64,000 nucleotides of DNA from IMG/VR virus record IMGVR_UViG_3300027777_000023, positions 125,603 through 189,602 of that record; one strand, 5' to 3'. This stretch comes from a virus. Of this stretch, positions 46,930 through 57,100 are shown one piece after another. Position 1 is the first letter of the stretch, and each line of letters begins with the position of its first letter. The notes beneath the pieces are model-generated. The model made no database searches. It was given only the letters and a program-made list of their open reading frames with translations, and had not been told where the DNA came from. The translations under genes were made by a program, and so were the position numbers.

Positions 46930-47922
46930 ATGCCCGAAAATATTCAACCGCCTGCAGAAGGCAACAACATTGAACAACTTCTTTCGCAGCTTTCTCCGGA
47001 AGAGTTACAGCAGCTGGCCACTGCACTATCTGCCGACATGCAGAACCCTGAGGCTCATGAAGGTGGAGAAAGTGTAGCAGGTCTTGCACAGGCAATCGAA
47101 TCTCACCTAGGGCAGTCTCCTGAGTCCGAAGTGCCGGAAGCTGCACCAGAAAAAGTAGCGGCATTGAATTTTGTTAAGTCTGCCTCCTATATTGAAGGAT
47201 TTCTCAACCACGCACTAGATAACGGTGTTGCTGTGAAGCAGGCAGTAGATCTCTACGACCAGGCACTCAGCAGCACAATCAGCAACTTGAGAAAAGAAGC
47301 AGCAGAGTCCAAGGCAGAAGAAAAGAAAGAATCTAAAAAACACGAAAAGTCAGAAACAATTAAACAAGAAAAGAAAGAACACGAAGCTATGAAACAAGAA
47401 AAAATGGCAGCATACTATGATGGAGTATTTTCTCGGGCACGGGAATATGGGTTTACTGATCGTCAAACAGCGAATCTGCTGAAGGCTGCGGCTGACGGCG
47501 ACGAGACAGCCTTAACAGACGCTTGGGGTCTGGAGCCCAGCGGCACCACCGGCACAAAACTGAACGATCAGCCTCCTATGCCTAACGCTTCTGAAAAGAT
47601 GCAAATGTTGCTGGCTAAGCTTAAAGGACAGGCTGGCGCATTTGGTGGTCAATTATCTGAGATGGCACACAAGGGAATGGATCAGGCTGGCGCATTTGGT
47701 GGTCAATTATCTGAGATGGCACACAAGGGAATGGATCAGGCTTCTGCCCTCGGCCATCAAGGTATGGACTACATTGGTGCGCATCCTGAGCAGGCAGCTA
47801 TTGCAGCGCTCTTGGCTGGGGGTGGCGCGTATGGTGCTCATAAGTTGATGCACCGCAATGATGACAAGGCACAGAAAACAGCTGCCGCAGTAAACTTCCT
47901 AAGAGCTACATTGCCTCGCTAA
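46930..47922 (+). CDS. K-x-A motif protein with a C-terminal TM (scaffold/cargo candidate)
   Basis: EKVAA, VKSAS, RKEAA, EKMAA, LKAAA, QKTAA; AAIAALLAGGGAYG. Confidence 0.65.
   Translation: MPENIQPPAEGNNIEQLLSQLSPEELQQLATALSADMQNPEAHEGGESVAGLAQAIESHLGQSPESEVPEAAPEKVAALNFVKSASYIEGFLNHALDNGVAVKQAVDLYDQALSSTISNLRKEAAESKAEEKKESKKHEKSETIKQEKKEHEAMKQEKMAAYYDGVFSRAREYGFTDRQTANLLKAAADGDETALTDAWGLEPSGTTGTKLNDQPPMPNASEKMQMLLAKLKGQAGAFGGQLSEMAHKGMDQAGAFGGQLSEMAHKGMDQASALGHQGMDYIGAHPEQAAIAALLAGGGAYGAHKLMHRNDDKAQKTAAAVNFLRATLPR
47629..47736 (+). repeat. Perfect 54-nt tandem duplication (QAGAFGGQLSEMAHKGMD x2)
   Basis: 47629-47682 is identical to 47683-47736. Confidence 0.95.
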
Positions 47923-47949
47923 TCTTAAACCTTTAAATACCTAAACTAT

Positions 47950-48864
47950 ATGGCCAAACTAACAAAACACGCAGAAGTTCTTAATCAATTGCACACGATG
48001 GTTAAGAAGCAGGCTGAAGAAGCCCAAAAGAATATCTCTGGAGCTCCTGGCGGCGACGTCAAATCTGTGAGTGTTGGAGATGAGCACGAGGGACACAACA
48101 AGAATTCCATTGGACCTGAAAACCAGGCACAAGGATACCATCAGAAGCCTTCAGAGGACTCTGCAGAACCTCTTGCGAAAGCCAAAACCGCTAGCGATCT
48201 CGGCACGGAAATTCTCGACATTATACGCAAGCAGGCCGAGGCCCAGACAGGTGTGACCGGCAAGCCAGGTTACGTTAAGTCTGAAAGCGTCGGTGACGAC
48301 CAGGAAAAGGTCGACAAGAATGCTATTAAGCCTGAGAACAACAAGCAGGACTATAGCCAAAAAGCCTCCACAGACGGCTCCAAGCCTCTCGCTAGCGCCA
48401 AGAAGGCGGAAGTTGAAGAATTGGCAGCTAAGGTTGCTTCCTACGAACTCGGACGCCAGTTCTGTGCAGCTCTTTTAAAGTCTGCTGGTGATCGCTTTGA
48501 AGGTGATGAAACTCAGCTTATGAAAGAAGCTGGTCGCCGCGACTTCGATCAGTTGATCGCTCAGGCTGCAGAAAATCTCGAATCTTCCAAAGTTGCTGAA
48601 CACCGGGCTGTAAAGCAGGCTGAATTGGCTGGTGCCACGCACTTCGACGAAATACTAAAGCAGGCAGCTTACCAGGAAACCCTCCAGCAGAATCAGGCGC
48701 TGGCCGCTAAGGTGGCGGAGTACGAAGCTTTCATCAAGGAGGCCCAGGACGAATACTCTGCACAGGCAAACGCATACGCCCAGCAAGAGCAGCAGACAAA
48801 GCTTGCTGAATCTGTTGCGGCAGTTGTTCTCAACAGATTGAAATCTGAGGTTGTCTCAGAATAA
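47950..48864 (+). CDS. Putative capsid scaffold protein
   Basis: Ala/Glu/Gln/Lys-rich coiled coil, 15 K-x-A sites, two ~60-aa internal repeats; lies between protease and MCP. Confidence 0.6.
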   Translation: MAKLTKHAEVLNQLHTMVKKQAEEAQKNISGAPGGDVKSVSVGDEHEGHNKNSIGPENQAQGYHQKPSEDSAEPLAKAKTASDLGTEILDIIRKQAEAQTGVTGKPGYVKSESVGDDQEKVDKNAIKPENNKQDYSQKASTDGSKPLASAKKAEVEELAAKVASYELGRQFCAALLKSAGDRFEGDETQLMKEAGRRDFDQLIAQAAENLESSKVAEHRAVKQAELAGATHFDEILKQAAYQETLQQNQALAAKVAEYEAFIKEAQDEYSAQANAYAQQEQQTKLAESVAAVVLNRLKSEVVSE

Positions 48865-48880
48865 TTATAATACTGAAATT

Positions 48881-49054
48881 ATGCCTGCTGACTCTATAGA
48901 ACAAAACACTGTAGAGCAGCAGGCGCTTCATGCACTGGCGCATTTGAGTGATAAAGACAAGGCCAGTGTTCTCAGTTATATTGAAAGTTTGGTAACTTTA
49001 GAAAAAGTAAAAAATGACCAAAGAAGCTCTACACAAGATCGAGACGTTTGTTAA
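48881..49054 (+). CDS. Small hypothetical protein
   Basis: MPADSIEQ... after AAATT; overlaps the next gene by 41 nt. Confidence 0.45.
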   Translation: MPADSIEQNTVEQQALHALAHLSDKDKASVLSYIESLVTLEKVKNDQRSSTQDRDVC

Positions 49055-49406
49055 GACTGCCTTAGCTGAAATCTCTGATTTGCAGCAGCAGGTAGCTTCA
49101 CAGCAAAATAAGCAGGCGGAAGTCCAACAGCAAAATAGTCGTGAGCTTGACGCTGCACTTAGAAAAGCTGCAGAAGCTATGTATAGCTCTGATTTCATCA
49201 ACGACGAGGATGAAAAAGCCTTGTTTGTTAAGAAAGCCAAAGAAGACAGTAAGTACCTCGCCAAGATTGTTGAGCGTGTGTGTAATGCTTCTGATGTTGC
49301 CTATATGGGTAAGTCTGCTGCCGTAAAATCTTCTGTTCAGACCGACGACCCTGTATTACGTCGCGCGTTTGGTTACAACAGTGCCTATAGTCTTTTAGAC
49401 GAATAA
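49014..49406 (+). CDS. K-x-A motif coiled-coil protein (scaffold-like)
   Basis: MTKEAL, VKTAL, RKAAE, GKSAA. Confidence 0.65.
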   Translation: MTKEALHKIETFVKTALAEISDLQQQVASQQNKQAEVQQQNSRELDAALRKAAEAMYSSDFINDEDEKALFVKKAKEDSKYLAKIVERVCNASDVAYMGKSAAVKSSVQTDDPVLRRAFGYNSAYSLLDE

Positions 49407-49410
49407 TTTT

Positions 49411-49806
49411 ATGGATAAACAAGCATTTGTGAATGGTTTTGTTAAACGTGCCAACGAGCACGGACTTTCAAATGGTCAGGCTTTTGAGCTTTTAAAGGCT
49501 GCTAATGACGGCTTTTTGGGCGGACTAGGTGGGTTGGGTGGTTTAGCTGCTGGAGGCCTTACAGGACTGGCAGCTGCTCACGGCCTAGGTGCAATGGTTG
49601 GAAGTAACTACGCACCGATCAGTGATAAAGATTTAGAGCACGAGATGGCTTACATGGAAGATCCGTCGCTAAGCAAGGCACTTAAGTATGGGTTGATTCC
49701 AGGATATGCTGGATATCGCCAAGCAAAAAATGATCGAGTACAGGCAGCCTATCAGAAGTATAAAGATGAGCACAGACCAGCGGCTCCTCAGCAGCCTCAG
49801 TACTAG
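49411..49806 (+). CDS. Glycine-zipper protein with a GFVKxA leader
   Basis: MDKQAFVNGFVKRANEHGLSNGQAFELLKAAN, then FLGGLGGLGGLAAGGLTGLAAAHGLG. Confidence 0.7.
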   Translation: MDKQAFVNGFVKRANEHGLSNGQAFELLKAANDGFLGGLGGLGGLAAGGLTGLAAAHGLGAMVGSNYAPISDKDLEHEMAYMEDPSLSKALKYGLIPGYAGYRQAKNDRVQAAYQKYKDEHRPAAPQQPQY

Positions 49807-49829
49807 ATATAAATAATTTTAAAATATTG

Positions 49830-49858
49830 TTGACTTTACCCCCACTATTTCCGACAAT
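49830..49858 (+). promoter_or_regulatory. sigma70-like promoter of the capsid operon
   Basis: TTGACT-N17-GACAAT followed by a ~110-nt leader. Confidence 0.6.
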
Positions 49859-49975
49859 ATTTATATAACTTTCGCATGACCATTGCCGAGAAGACCTTGA
49901 ACGGTGCTTGGGGTGAGAAGCAACAAAAACACGCAGTTAAACTAAACAAACAAAAACAAATAGGAGAAAACTAAT

Positions 49976-50488
49976 ATGATTAATTTCAAAAAAGGACCTG
50001 CTCTTAGCTTGCACCAAATTAACTACATTGGTAAAGCTGTGAGTGGTCAAGGAGTCGTAGCGGGCATGGTTGTCCGTCTAAACAACAACAGCGGGACAAT
50101 CGAAGTGCTCAAGGGCTCTAGCGATTCTTCCCCTGACCTCAACGCAATCTATGGATTTGCTATCAACAACCAGGATGCTGGTGACGTGATCGAGTCCGGC
50201 GTTATTGGCGTATACGCGCTTGACGGTGCTTCTGTGCTCGAAACCGACCAGGCCGCCGCAACAATTAACTACACAAATTACCCACTGGGTTCTTTGCTTA
50301 CAACCAACACCAGTGGTCAGGTTGTGAAAGCCAGTGATCAGACCAGCCTCACAGCTGTGAAGATCATCGGACAGGTCGAAGGTATTCGTACCATCCCAGG
50401 CAATGTGCAGAGCCTCACAGATAACAACGGCAATGCCTTTAAGGTGCAGGGAACCACGACGGTTCTTGGTATCAAACTCGCAAGCTAA
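49976..50488 (+). CDS. Capsid decoration/cement protein
   Basis: Beta-rich 170 aa with a GxVV..L pattern, immediately upstream of the MCP; strong initiation region. Confidence 0.6.
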   Translation: MINFKKGPALSLHQINYIGKAVSGQGVVAGMVVRLNNNSGTIEVLKGSSDSSPDLNAIYGFAINNQDAGDVIESGVIGVYALDGASVLETDQAAATINYTNYPLGSLLTTNTSGQVVKASDQTSLTAVKIIGQVEGIRTIPGNVQSLTDNNGNAFKVQGTTTVLGIKLAS

Positions 50489-50511
50489 TTAACTAGGAGA
50501 AAATATACTAT

Positions 50512-51471
50512 ATGGAAAAAATCGCAAATCAAAGAGTGTTCAACGATACGTTCGTTGAAATGGTTAAAGCTGGTGAGGAAAAGAAGGCCGCAGTGAGCGC
50601 GCAGTCTTTCACCCGTAACAAGCTTCGTGAAGAAAGCTTTACAGAAAAGATTCTCACCCCCATCGACATCAGCAATGATGACCTCGACAAGGCTGAAAAT
50701 CCTGAACTGCTCGTTAAGTGGAACGACCGCGAACCCGACACAGCTCCTGCTGTGACGATTCCTCTCGGCGTTGTGCCTGACATGTTCCAGTTTTCTGGTA
50801 CGCGTTATCCTTCCTACTTCACACGTATCACGTCCCCGAAGTACAACAAGGACATCGACAATCTTCGTAGCTATGACTACGACATCCGCGCCATCATGCT
50901 CGAGTTGAGCACAAAGGATATCGCAACAGAAATCGACACACGCTTCATCAGCAAGGTTGACAGCATTATCGGTCCGGTCAATGCCGCTAATCCGCTGAAC
51001 AAGCTTGACCTTCCTCAGAATGTTACCATCAGTGGTGGTGTTACTCGTGAGAACATCGCAGAAGCCTACAAGGTTATCAAGCGTCTCCGCGTTCCCTTTG
51101 GTCCTGCTCAGCCAGACGGCGGAGAAAGCAAAGGCGTGATGCTCATGAACAATGTTACTGCAGACGACTTCGTGAAGATGAGCCGTTCTGAAGTTGGTGG
51201 CGATCTCGCACAGGAAATGTTCATCAATGGTCTTCCTTCCAAGACTCTCTTGGGTGTGAAGCCGATCTACACGATCAAGCGTGATCTCGTACCTGACGGT
51301 GTGATCTACTTGTTCTCGTCTGAAGAATTCTTCGGCAAGTACTATCGTTTGCAGCCACTCACAGTGTTCATGAAGAACGAAGCCTATTTCCTCGAGTACT
51401 TCCAGTACATGAACCTCTCTCTTGCCATCGGCAACGTGAAGGGTGTTGTGAAGGTTGACTTTAATGGCTAA
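50512..51471 (+). CDS. Major capsid protein (HK97/encapsulin-like fold)
   Basis: KLREESFTEKILTP N-arm pattern, YDYDIR, FFGKYY; position in the head operon, followed by a strong terminator. Confidence 0.82.
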   Translation: MEKIANQRVFNDTFVEMVKAGEEKKAAVSAQSFTRNKLREESFTEKILTPIDISNDDLDKAENPELLVKWNDREPDTAPAVTIPLGVVPDMFQFSGTRYPSYFTRITSPKYNKDIDNLRSYDYDIRAIMLELSTKDIATEIDTRFISKVDSIIGPVNAANPLNKLDLPQNVTISGGVTRENIAEAYKVIKRLRVPFGPAQPDGGESKGVMLMNNVTADDFVKMSRSEVGGDLAQEMFINGLPSKTLLGVKPIYTIKRDLVPDGVIYLFSSEEFFGKYYRLQPLTVFMKNEAYFLEYFQYMNLSLAIGNVKGVVKVDFNG

Positions 51472-51493
51472 ACTTAACTAATAGTTAAATAAT

Positions 51494-51519
51494 AAAGGGG
51501 ACCTTCGGGTCCCCTTTTT
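51494..51519 (+). terminator. Intrinsic terminator after MCP
   Basis: AAAGGGGACC-TTCG-GGTCCCCTTTTT. Confidence 0.9.
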
Positions 51520-51535
51520 ATTGTGTACAACCGTC

Positions 51536-51564
51536 TTGCTACCTAGGCGGTTTGGCTTTATAAT
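51536..51564 (+). promoter_or_regulatory. sigma70-like promoter, likely leaderless
   Basis: TTGCTA-N17-TATAAT; ATG at 51571 is 7 nt downstream. Confidence 0.7.
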
Positions 51565-51570
51565 CACTTT

Positions 51571-51873
51571 ATGAATATCGATGCAAGTATTTTAAACGAT
51601 TTTGCTACATTTGTAGAGAAATCCGCAGCTTCGTACGGCAATCAATCGCCTTCAGCAACACCTGATGGGTATAGTCAGACACAAGCCCCAACCACAACTA
51701 AAGTGACTCCTTTGCTGCCTCCTACGGCTCCTAGAGCTGTAACTGTTCCAGGTGTAAACACAGGACAGCAGGCTGTCAGAAATGCTGACACGCCAGACAG
51801 TAGTGTTCCTCCTGCCGCCGCACCAAAACCCGCAACATCTCCAGGGAAACCGTTAAAACCAATCAAATTCTAA
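51571..51873 (+). CDS. Pro/Thr-rich protein with a K-x-A leader
   Basis: FATFVEKSAASY followed by a low-complexity P/T tail. Confidence 0.65.
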   Translation: MNIDASILNDFATFVEKSAASYGNQSPSATPDGYSQTQAPTTTKVTPLLPPTAPRAVTVPGVNTGQQAVRNADTPDSSVPPAAAPKPATSPGKPLKPIKF

Positions 51874-51877
51874 AATT

Positions 51878-52324
51878 ATGGCTACACCCATACTCACAGC
51901 TGAAGAAGTACGACTGTTTCTGCAGGACAGATCAGAGCTGAATCCCCTACTTCTAGGGGTTAGATTTACTCCTGAGATGATCGATCAGGCTATGGTAAAT
52001 ACTGTCGATTATTATAATTTAATGAATCCTCCTACAGGTATAATGTATAGTGTAGAGGAATTTCCATACAGATCATTACTATTGCTTGGTACAGCTGCCT
52101 ATTTGCTAAGGTCAGGAGCCATAAATGAAGCCGCTAATCAGCTAAGCTATAGTGCTGACGGCGTGCAGGTCAATGACAAGGATAAGGCGCAAATATTCGT
52201 GTCAATGTCTCAGGCAATGCAGCAAGAATTTAAAGAGCTTGGGCAGCAAATTAAAATGAATCAGAATATCTCGCAGATATATGGAGTGAAACATTCTGAG
52301 TATGTCTATAGAAGGAGATTCTAG
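51878..52324 (+). CDS. Head-tail adaptor/neck protein
   Basis: Helical gp15-like layout (EEVRLFLQD...MIDQAM...LSYSADGVQV); position after MCP. Confidence 0.6.
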   Translation: MATPILTAEEVRLFLQDRSELNPLLLGVRFTPEMIDQAMVNTVDYYNLMNPPTGIMYSVEEFPYRSLLLLGTAAYLLRSGAINEAANQLSYSADGVQVNDKDKAQIFVSMSQAMQQEFKELGQQIKMNQNISQIYGVKHSEYVYRRRF

Positions 52325-52572
52325 TGGCTGACATTTATTCTGCTGGTGAAGCCCTGCGGCAGGCAATGCTTATAGCTGCAGCAGACCCAACCATACGAGC
52401 CAGACTCCGGTCAAAATTTCGCAAGCACATCGCAGAAAGTCACGCAGGATTGATGGGCGGTTATCGAGGCGCAGCATACACAAAATATATAAGCAACGAC
52501 ATTTCTAATGCTGATAGTCCAGGCACACAGTATTCAGGAATGCCTGAGGAACCATTTAATTATTTTAGCTAA
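52324..52572 (+). CDS. Small hypothetical protein (GTG start)
   Basis: TAGTG overlap, 82 aa. Confidence 0.5.
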   Translation: MADIYSAGEALRQAMLIAAADPTIRARLRSKFRKHIAESHAGLMGGYRGAAYTKYISNDISNADSPGTQYSGMPEEPFNYFS

Positions 52573-52577
52573 CTATC

Positions 52578-53402
52578 ATGGCTACACCCAGACAAGTTTT
52601 TAAGAAGGTGGATATTATCCCTGATTGGACTAGAGGTCATTTTATACAATGGCAACTAGATCCATTTTTTAAAGGGGTCAGACCATACAATTTCTCTCTA
52701 GAAATTTCTGAAACTCAGGACTTTTCAGAGATAGCTTTTTCTAAGCAAAATCTAGGTGAGGTATTTTTCGCTATAGATGATTCAAACGCAAAACAATCGT
52801 GGGCACTGAATTATTCTTATCGTGTCACACTAACAACAGCAGACAATAAACGATACAGTTCATTTCCGGTGTTGTTTGGGTCTACAAGACACGAGCAGCG
52901 TAAGTTCGCTATGGCTGCTGAGATCATCAGAAAAGAAATTCTATTAAATCGGTTTGTAGGTACAGAGGGCTGGTTACTAAGACGAAAGTCGTACGGATTA
53001 AAAAACGCCAAAACAATTCGTAATGTTGATCCTGTGTCTGGTGTACCGATAGCAGACACTAAACAAGAAGACTATGGTGTAGGTCTTGATGATGGTTATT
53101 TTGATCCTGTGCCCTGTGTATTCTATGTTGAGACCAGTCAACAAGACAAACAGCTTGACCAGGCTGGTATGGGTGTAAAAGAAAAGTACGAGTCAGTCAT
53201 CAGACTTCCAGGCTATCCTATAATAGAGGTTCGTGATGTGTTGTGTGAAGCTAGAGACGGCTATAGATATAGTGTCCAAGCCAGAAGCGCAAAGCAGTTC
53301 CCAGGTAGCAATATAACACTAACGCAGAAAGCTTCTGTGAATTTAATTCCGTCCACAGACACAATATACAGCATACCTATCCCGATACCTTCACCTGTAT
53401 AA
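52578..53402 (+). CDS. Putative head-closure/neck protein
   Basis: N-terminal Fn3-like segment plus a beta-barrel-like C-terminus; position in the neck module. Confidence 0.5.
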   Translation: MATPRQVFKKVDIIPDWTRGHFIQWQLDPFFKGVRPYNFSLEISETQDFSEIAFSKQNLGEVFFAIDDSNAKQSWALNYSYRVTLTTADNKRYSSFPVLFGSTRHEQRKFAMAAEIIRKEILLNRFVGTEGWLLRRKSYGLKNAKTIRNVDPVSGVPIADTKQEDYGVGLDDGYFDPVPCVFYVETSQQDKQLDQAGMGVKEKYESVIRLPGYPIIEVRDVLCEARDGYRYSVQARSAKQFPGSNITLTQKASVNLIPSTDTIYSIPIPIPSPV

Positions 53403-53406
53403 TCTT

Positions 53407-54105
53407 ATGGATGACTCAACTCAATCTATCTATTGCCCGACACCAGCCATTGGCTATGTTTCTCCGTATAATCGAGAGTTAACTGAAAGAGACGAACGTG
53501 TGATGGTATTAACCCCATGGACAGTTCAAAATATTTGCTATGAGATAATTAAGAACTATATGCTGACCAATCCACCGCAATCACAGGGCTATAAATTTGC
53601 TCAAACCTATGATGCGGATGATTTAAAAACCGGCATTGCGCTAGAGATAGCGTTTAACTATAAGGATGTAGCTGTACAGAAACGTCCAGCCATATTTGTG
53701 TCTAGGGGTGAGACTGCATTTAAGTTTCCCACAATTAATCAGATGATAGGTGCAAATCCTAGAGAATCGGAGAAGACCAAGTATTCGATGCTTGAGATGC
53801 CTATAAATGTCGCTGTGATAGCCACTAATGTAGGATTTGCCGAGCAACTGGCCGAATATATATTTACAGTATTTCTCAGGTTTCAAGAAGTCATCAAAAA
53901 AGATTTCTGTCTGCGACAATTTAAGCTGGTAACATTGTCTGCTCCTCAGATATACTTGGAGAGTAAAGATCACTTTGTGATCAACATACTTCTTGATGCT
54001 GTGTTTGATATGGGTGCAGTGGTCAAGGGCGATGACCTAAAACTCAAAACAGTATCATATCAAATATTTACAGGATGCTTGGATGATTCTCCGTTGCAGC
54101 AATAA
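53407..54105 (+). CDS. Putative tail terminator/completion protein
   Basis: RPAIFVSRGE pattern; immediately upstream of the sheath. Confidence 0.5.
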   Translation: MDDSTQSIYCPTPAIGYVSPYNRELTERDERVMVLTPWTVQNICYEIIKNYMLTNPPQSQGYKFAQTYDADDLKTGIALEIAFNYKDVAVQKRPAIFVSRGETAFKFPTINQMIGANPRESEKTKYSMLEMPINVAVIATNVGFAEQLAEYIFTVFLRFQEVIKKDFCLRQFKLVTLSAPQIYLESKDHFVINILLDAVFDMGAVVKGDDLKLKTVSYQIFTGCLDDSPLQQ

Positions 54106-54123
54106 AAACCAAACAGAAAATCA

Positions 54124-54152
54124 TTGCAACAGCATACAAATTAAATTAAACT
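54124..54152 (+). promoter_or_regulatory. sigma70-like promoter of the sheath gene
   Basis: TTGCAA-N17-TAAACT. Confidence 0.55.
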
Positions 54153-54192
54153 TAAATAAAGTATAGAAGCATATACACAAAACCAAACCAAT

Positions 54193-57100
54193 ATGTACAT
54201 CACACCTAGAGTCAAGATTCAGCAAGAATTTCTACAAGTCCCGGTTTATGCCGAGTTCCCACTACCTGCGTTTATTATCGGACCTAACTACGCACTTACT
54301 CGCTATAATGTAGAGGGTGAGAAGTTACATACTGCGCTGGGCACCTATAATGGTGCAGCTGTTGGGGGCGGTAATAGCTATATCCCTGCAGAAAATACAG
54401 TCTACGACTTTCCAAATGTTTCTCCCGGTGGTGACGTGGATCACAGCTATACCAAAGTGTACGCTGAGGCGGTTAAGGCTACATATTTCCCACTATCCGC
54501 TATCAGCGAAGCTTTCAGCAACTCTGTTGAATTTGTCACACACCCTGATACAGGTGCCAGGTATCCCAACAAAATTAGATTCACTGACGTGACGTTAAAG
54601 ACTGGTCACGGATACTCGCGTTCCAGCTGCTTCTCTAACCGTGACGTAGCTGTACATGACCTCATTGACATCTCAGACGGAACCAATGTAACCCAGGCCA
54701 GAGTGACAGCTATTAGCGCAGAAACATCCGATATCGACGGTGCCCTCTCTGCTACTGTAGGTGATGTAATTGCAGAAGGTTCCGCTATACTGCCGAGCGT
54801 ACAAGCTCCTCACCCAGGGCAGATCGCTGTAGGTAATGTCTTTACAGTGGCTGCTGTAGACTTCAGTGCTCTCGATGTTGTTGGCAAATATCTAACCATC
54901 AGGCACGCCAAAGACTCTTCAGGAGTATACAAAATTATTTCCTTGGGGGACACTGTACATAAACTTGTGGTAGACCGACCATTCACACAGAGTAGCGCAG
55001 CAGACCGCGCATGGCACATTAACGGTGTATACAACGATATTGGTAATACTCCTTGGGGGTGTGTTGAATATTCTAATTACCCCGATTACACATACACCGC
55101 ACCTTCAGCGAATACTTCGTTCACTGTGGCAAATACATCAACTGCCTATTATGGTTATGCGGCAAAAGGCGTATTGACGGATCGCTACACAGCTACAGTA
55201 ACAACCGGAGGCAATGCGGCATCTGTTAGATTCACCATCACTTCCGAGCAGGGTGTTTTTGCTCCTAAGTACAATGTGGGTCTTGTTGCTGATGTTCTTA
55301 CTATCGACACAGCCAACGACAATGTTCAGCGTCTGGACTTTGCTCGTGGTATTGCCACGGCCACCACATTTGCCGTCGGCGATTCCTGGAATTACACTGT
55401 GGTTGCCGAAGTTGAGCCGGTTAATCCTGTTGCCTCTGGCACATACACAGGTACAACGGACATGGTCTACAAGCTAACTGTCGAGCGCGGTGGAGCATTT
55501 TATGACGGCACCAACGCATCAACTTGTGCCCGGCTGGTAATCACTTCTTCTGATGTGGACACTTCTAGCGTTGTATTACCTAAGCTCGATACAAGCTTTA
55601 AGCTCGGCAGCTTTGGTGCTCGTGCAACTTTTGAAGTTGGTACTGCAGGCGTTGACTCGGGCGAGCTTATTCTGGGAGACATCTATTATGTTCCAGTTAC
55701 TGCTGCGCGTCTTGGCGCATACACTGTGGTCACGCTGTCTGAAGATCTGGCAGAAGCTACGTTCCTTGCAGCTAGCCCCACACTCACCGCTACACTTTCG
55801 GTAGCGCAGGCATCCATTCGCATTCCTGAGGTGGCAGACGCTCTTCTAGACCTCAAAAACTGGACGCAAGAAGACTCCTACATCACGATTAATTCCGACA
55901 TTACCACCTACGACAGTAAGCTCATTGCTGAAGGTGTACCTGCCCGCTTACCAATCACATCTGCCAAGCTGTTTGTGGAACATCGTGACTTGCTGCAGGA
56001 CCACATCGTAGCTATTGACTCGGTCCGTGATCAGGCCGCTGTGCTTCAGAAACTTGGAACAGTCCATCCTGACAATCCTCTGGCGCAAGCTGTTTCTGAC
56101 GCTGTATTGAATTCAGCTAACCAGATTGTATATTTTATTGGTGTAGGCACCAACGATCTAGCAGGTTATACGGAAGCAATTCGAATCTCTGAAAAGAGCG
56201 ATAAAGTTTATAGCTTCGTTCCGCTTACCTTCGATCGCGAAATTCAAGACGCAGTTGTAGGACATGTCAATGCTTACAGTACTCCTGAAGTGGGTCGTTG
56301 GAGAATTGCTTGGTTGGCTGTTGAAGACAAAAAGACCAGCTTCATGTATAACCTTAAGGAAAACGGTGATTCCTTCACTGCTACAGTTACGGACGATCCT
56401 TCAGTTTCCGGCACACAATACCGTTTAGTCTCGGTGGCTGGAGCTAGCTTTATTGATGATGGTGTGCGCCCTAACGACACTGTGAGATTAAACTTCAGGT
56501 CTGACAATGATGGAAATATCACATATGATGAGTACGTCGTTGACCATGTACGGACGAACACATCACTCACCATCACAAAACCTCTAGCTGCTGCAATTAA
56601 CAGCCCTGTGAAGGTTCAAGTTGTTCGTAATTATACAAAATCTGAAAGAGCTAACAATATTGCCCACATCGGTGGAGATTACAATAACCGCCGCGTCCGT
56701 TCTGTGTTCCCCGACACCTACAAGGACAGTACGGGTGTCGTAAAGCAGGGCTACATTGCCGCTGCGGGGTTGGCAGGTTTGAGATCTGGTGTTGTGCCGC
56801 ATCTCGGACTCACAAACTCCCAATTCTACGGAGCTCACGACTTGAGTAAGGTGGTTACTGAGTTCTCCCAGGACGACCTCGACACTATGGCAGAGCAAGG
56901 CATCTGGATCATCTCGCAAGAGGTTGTAGGCGCCACTGCGTATGTAAGACATCAGCTCACCACAGACACCCGCAGCCTGAACACTTCGGAAGATTCGATT
57001 ACTACGAATGTGGACAACATCAGTTATGCACTCAAACATACACTCGCACCGTTCATCGGTCGTTTTAATGTTAACAATGAAAACATCGCCGCTGTCCGCG

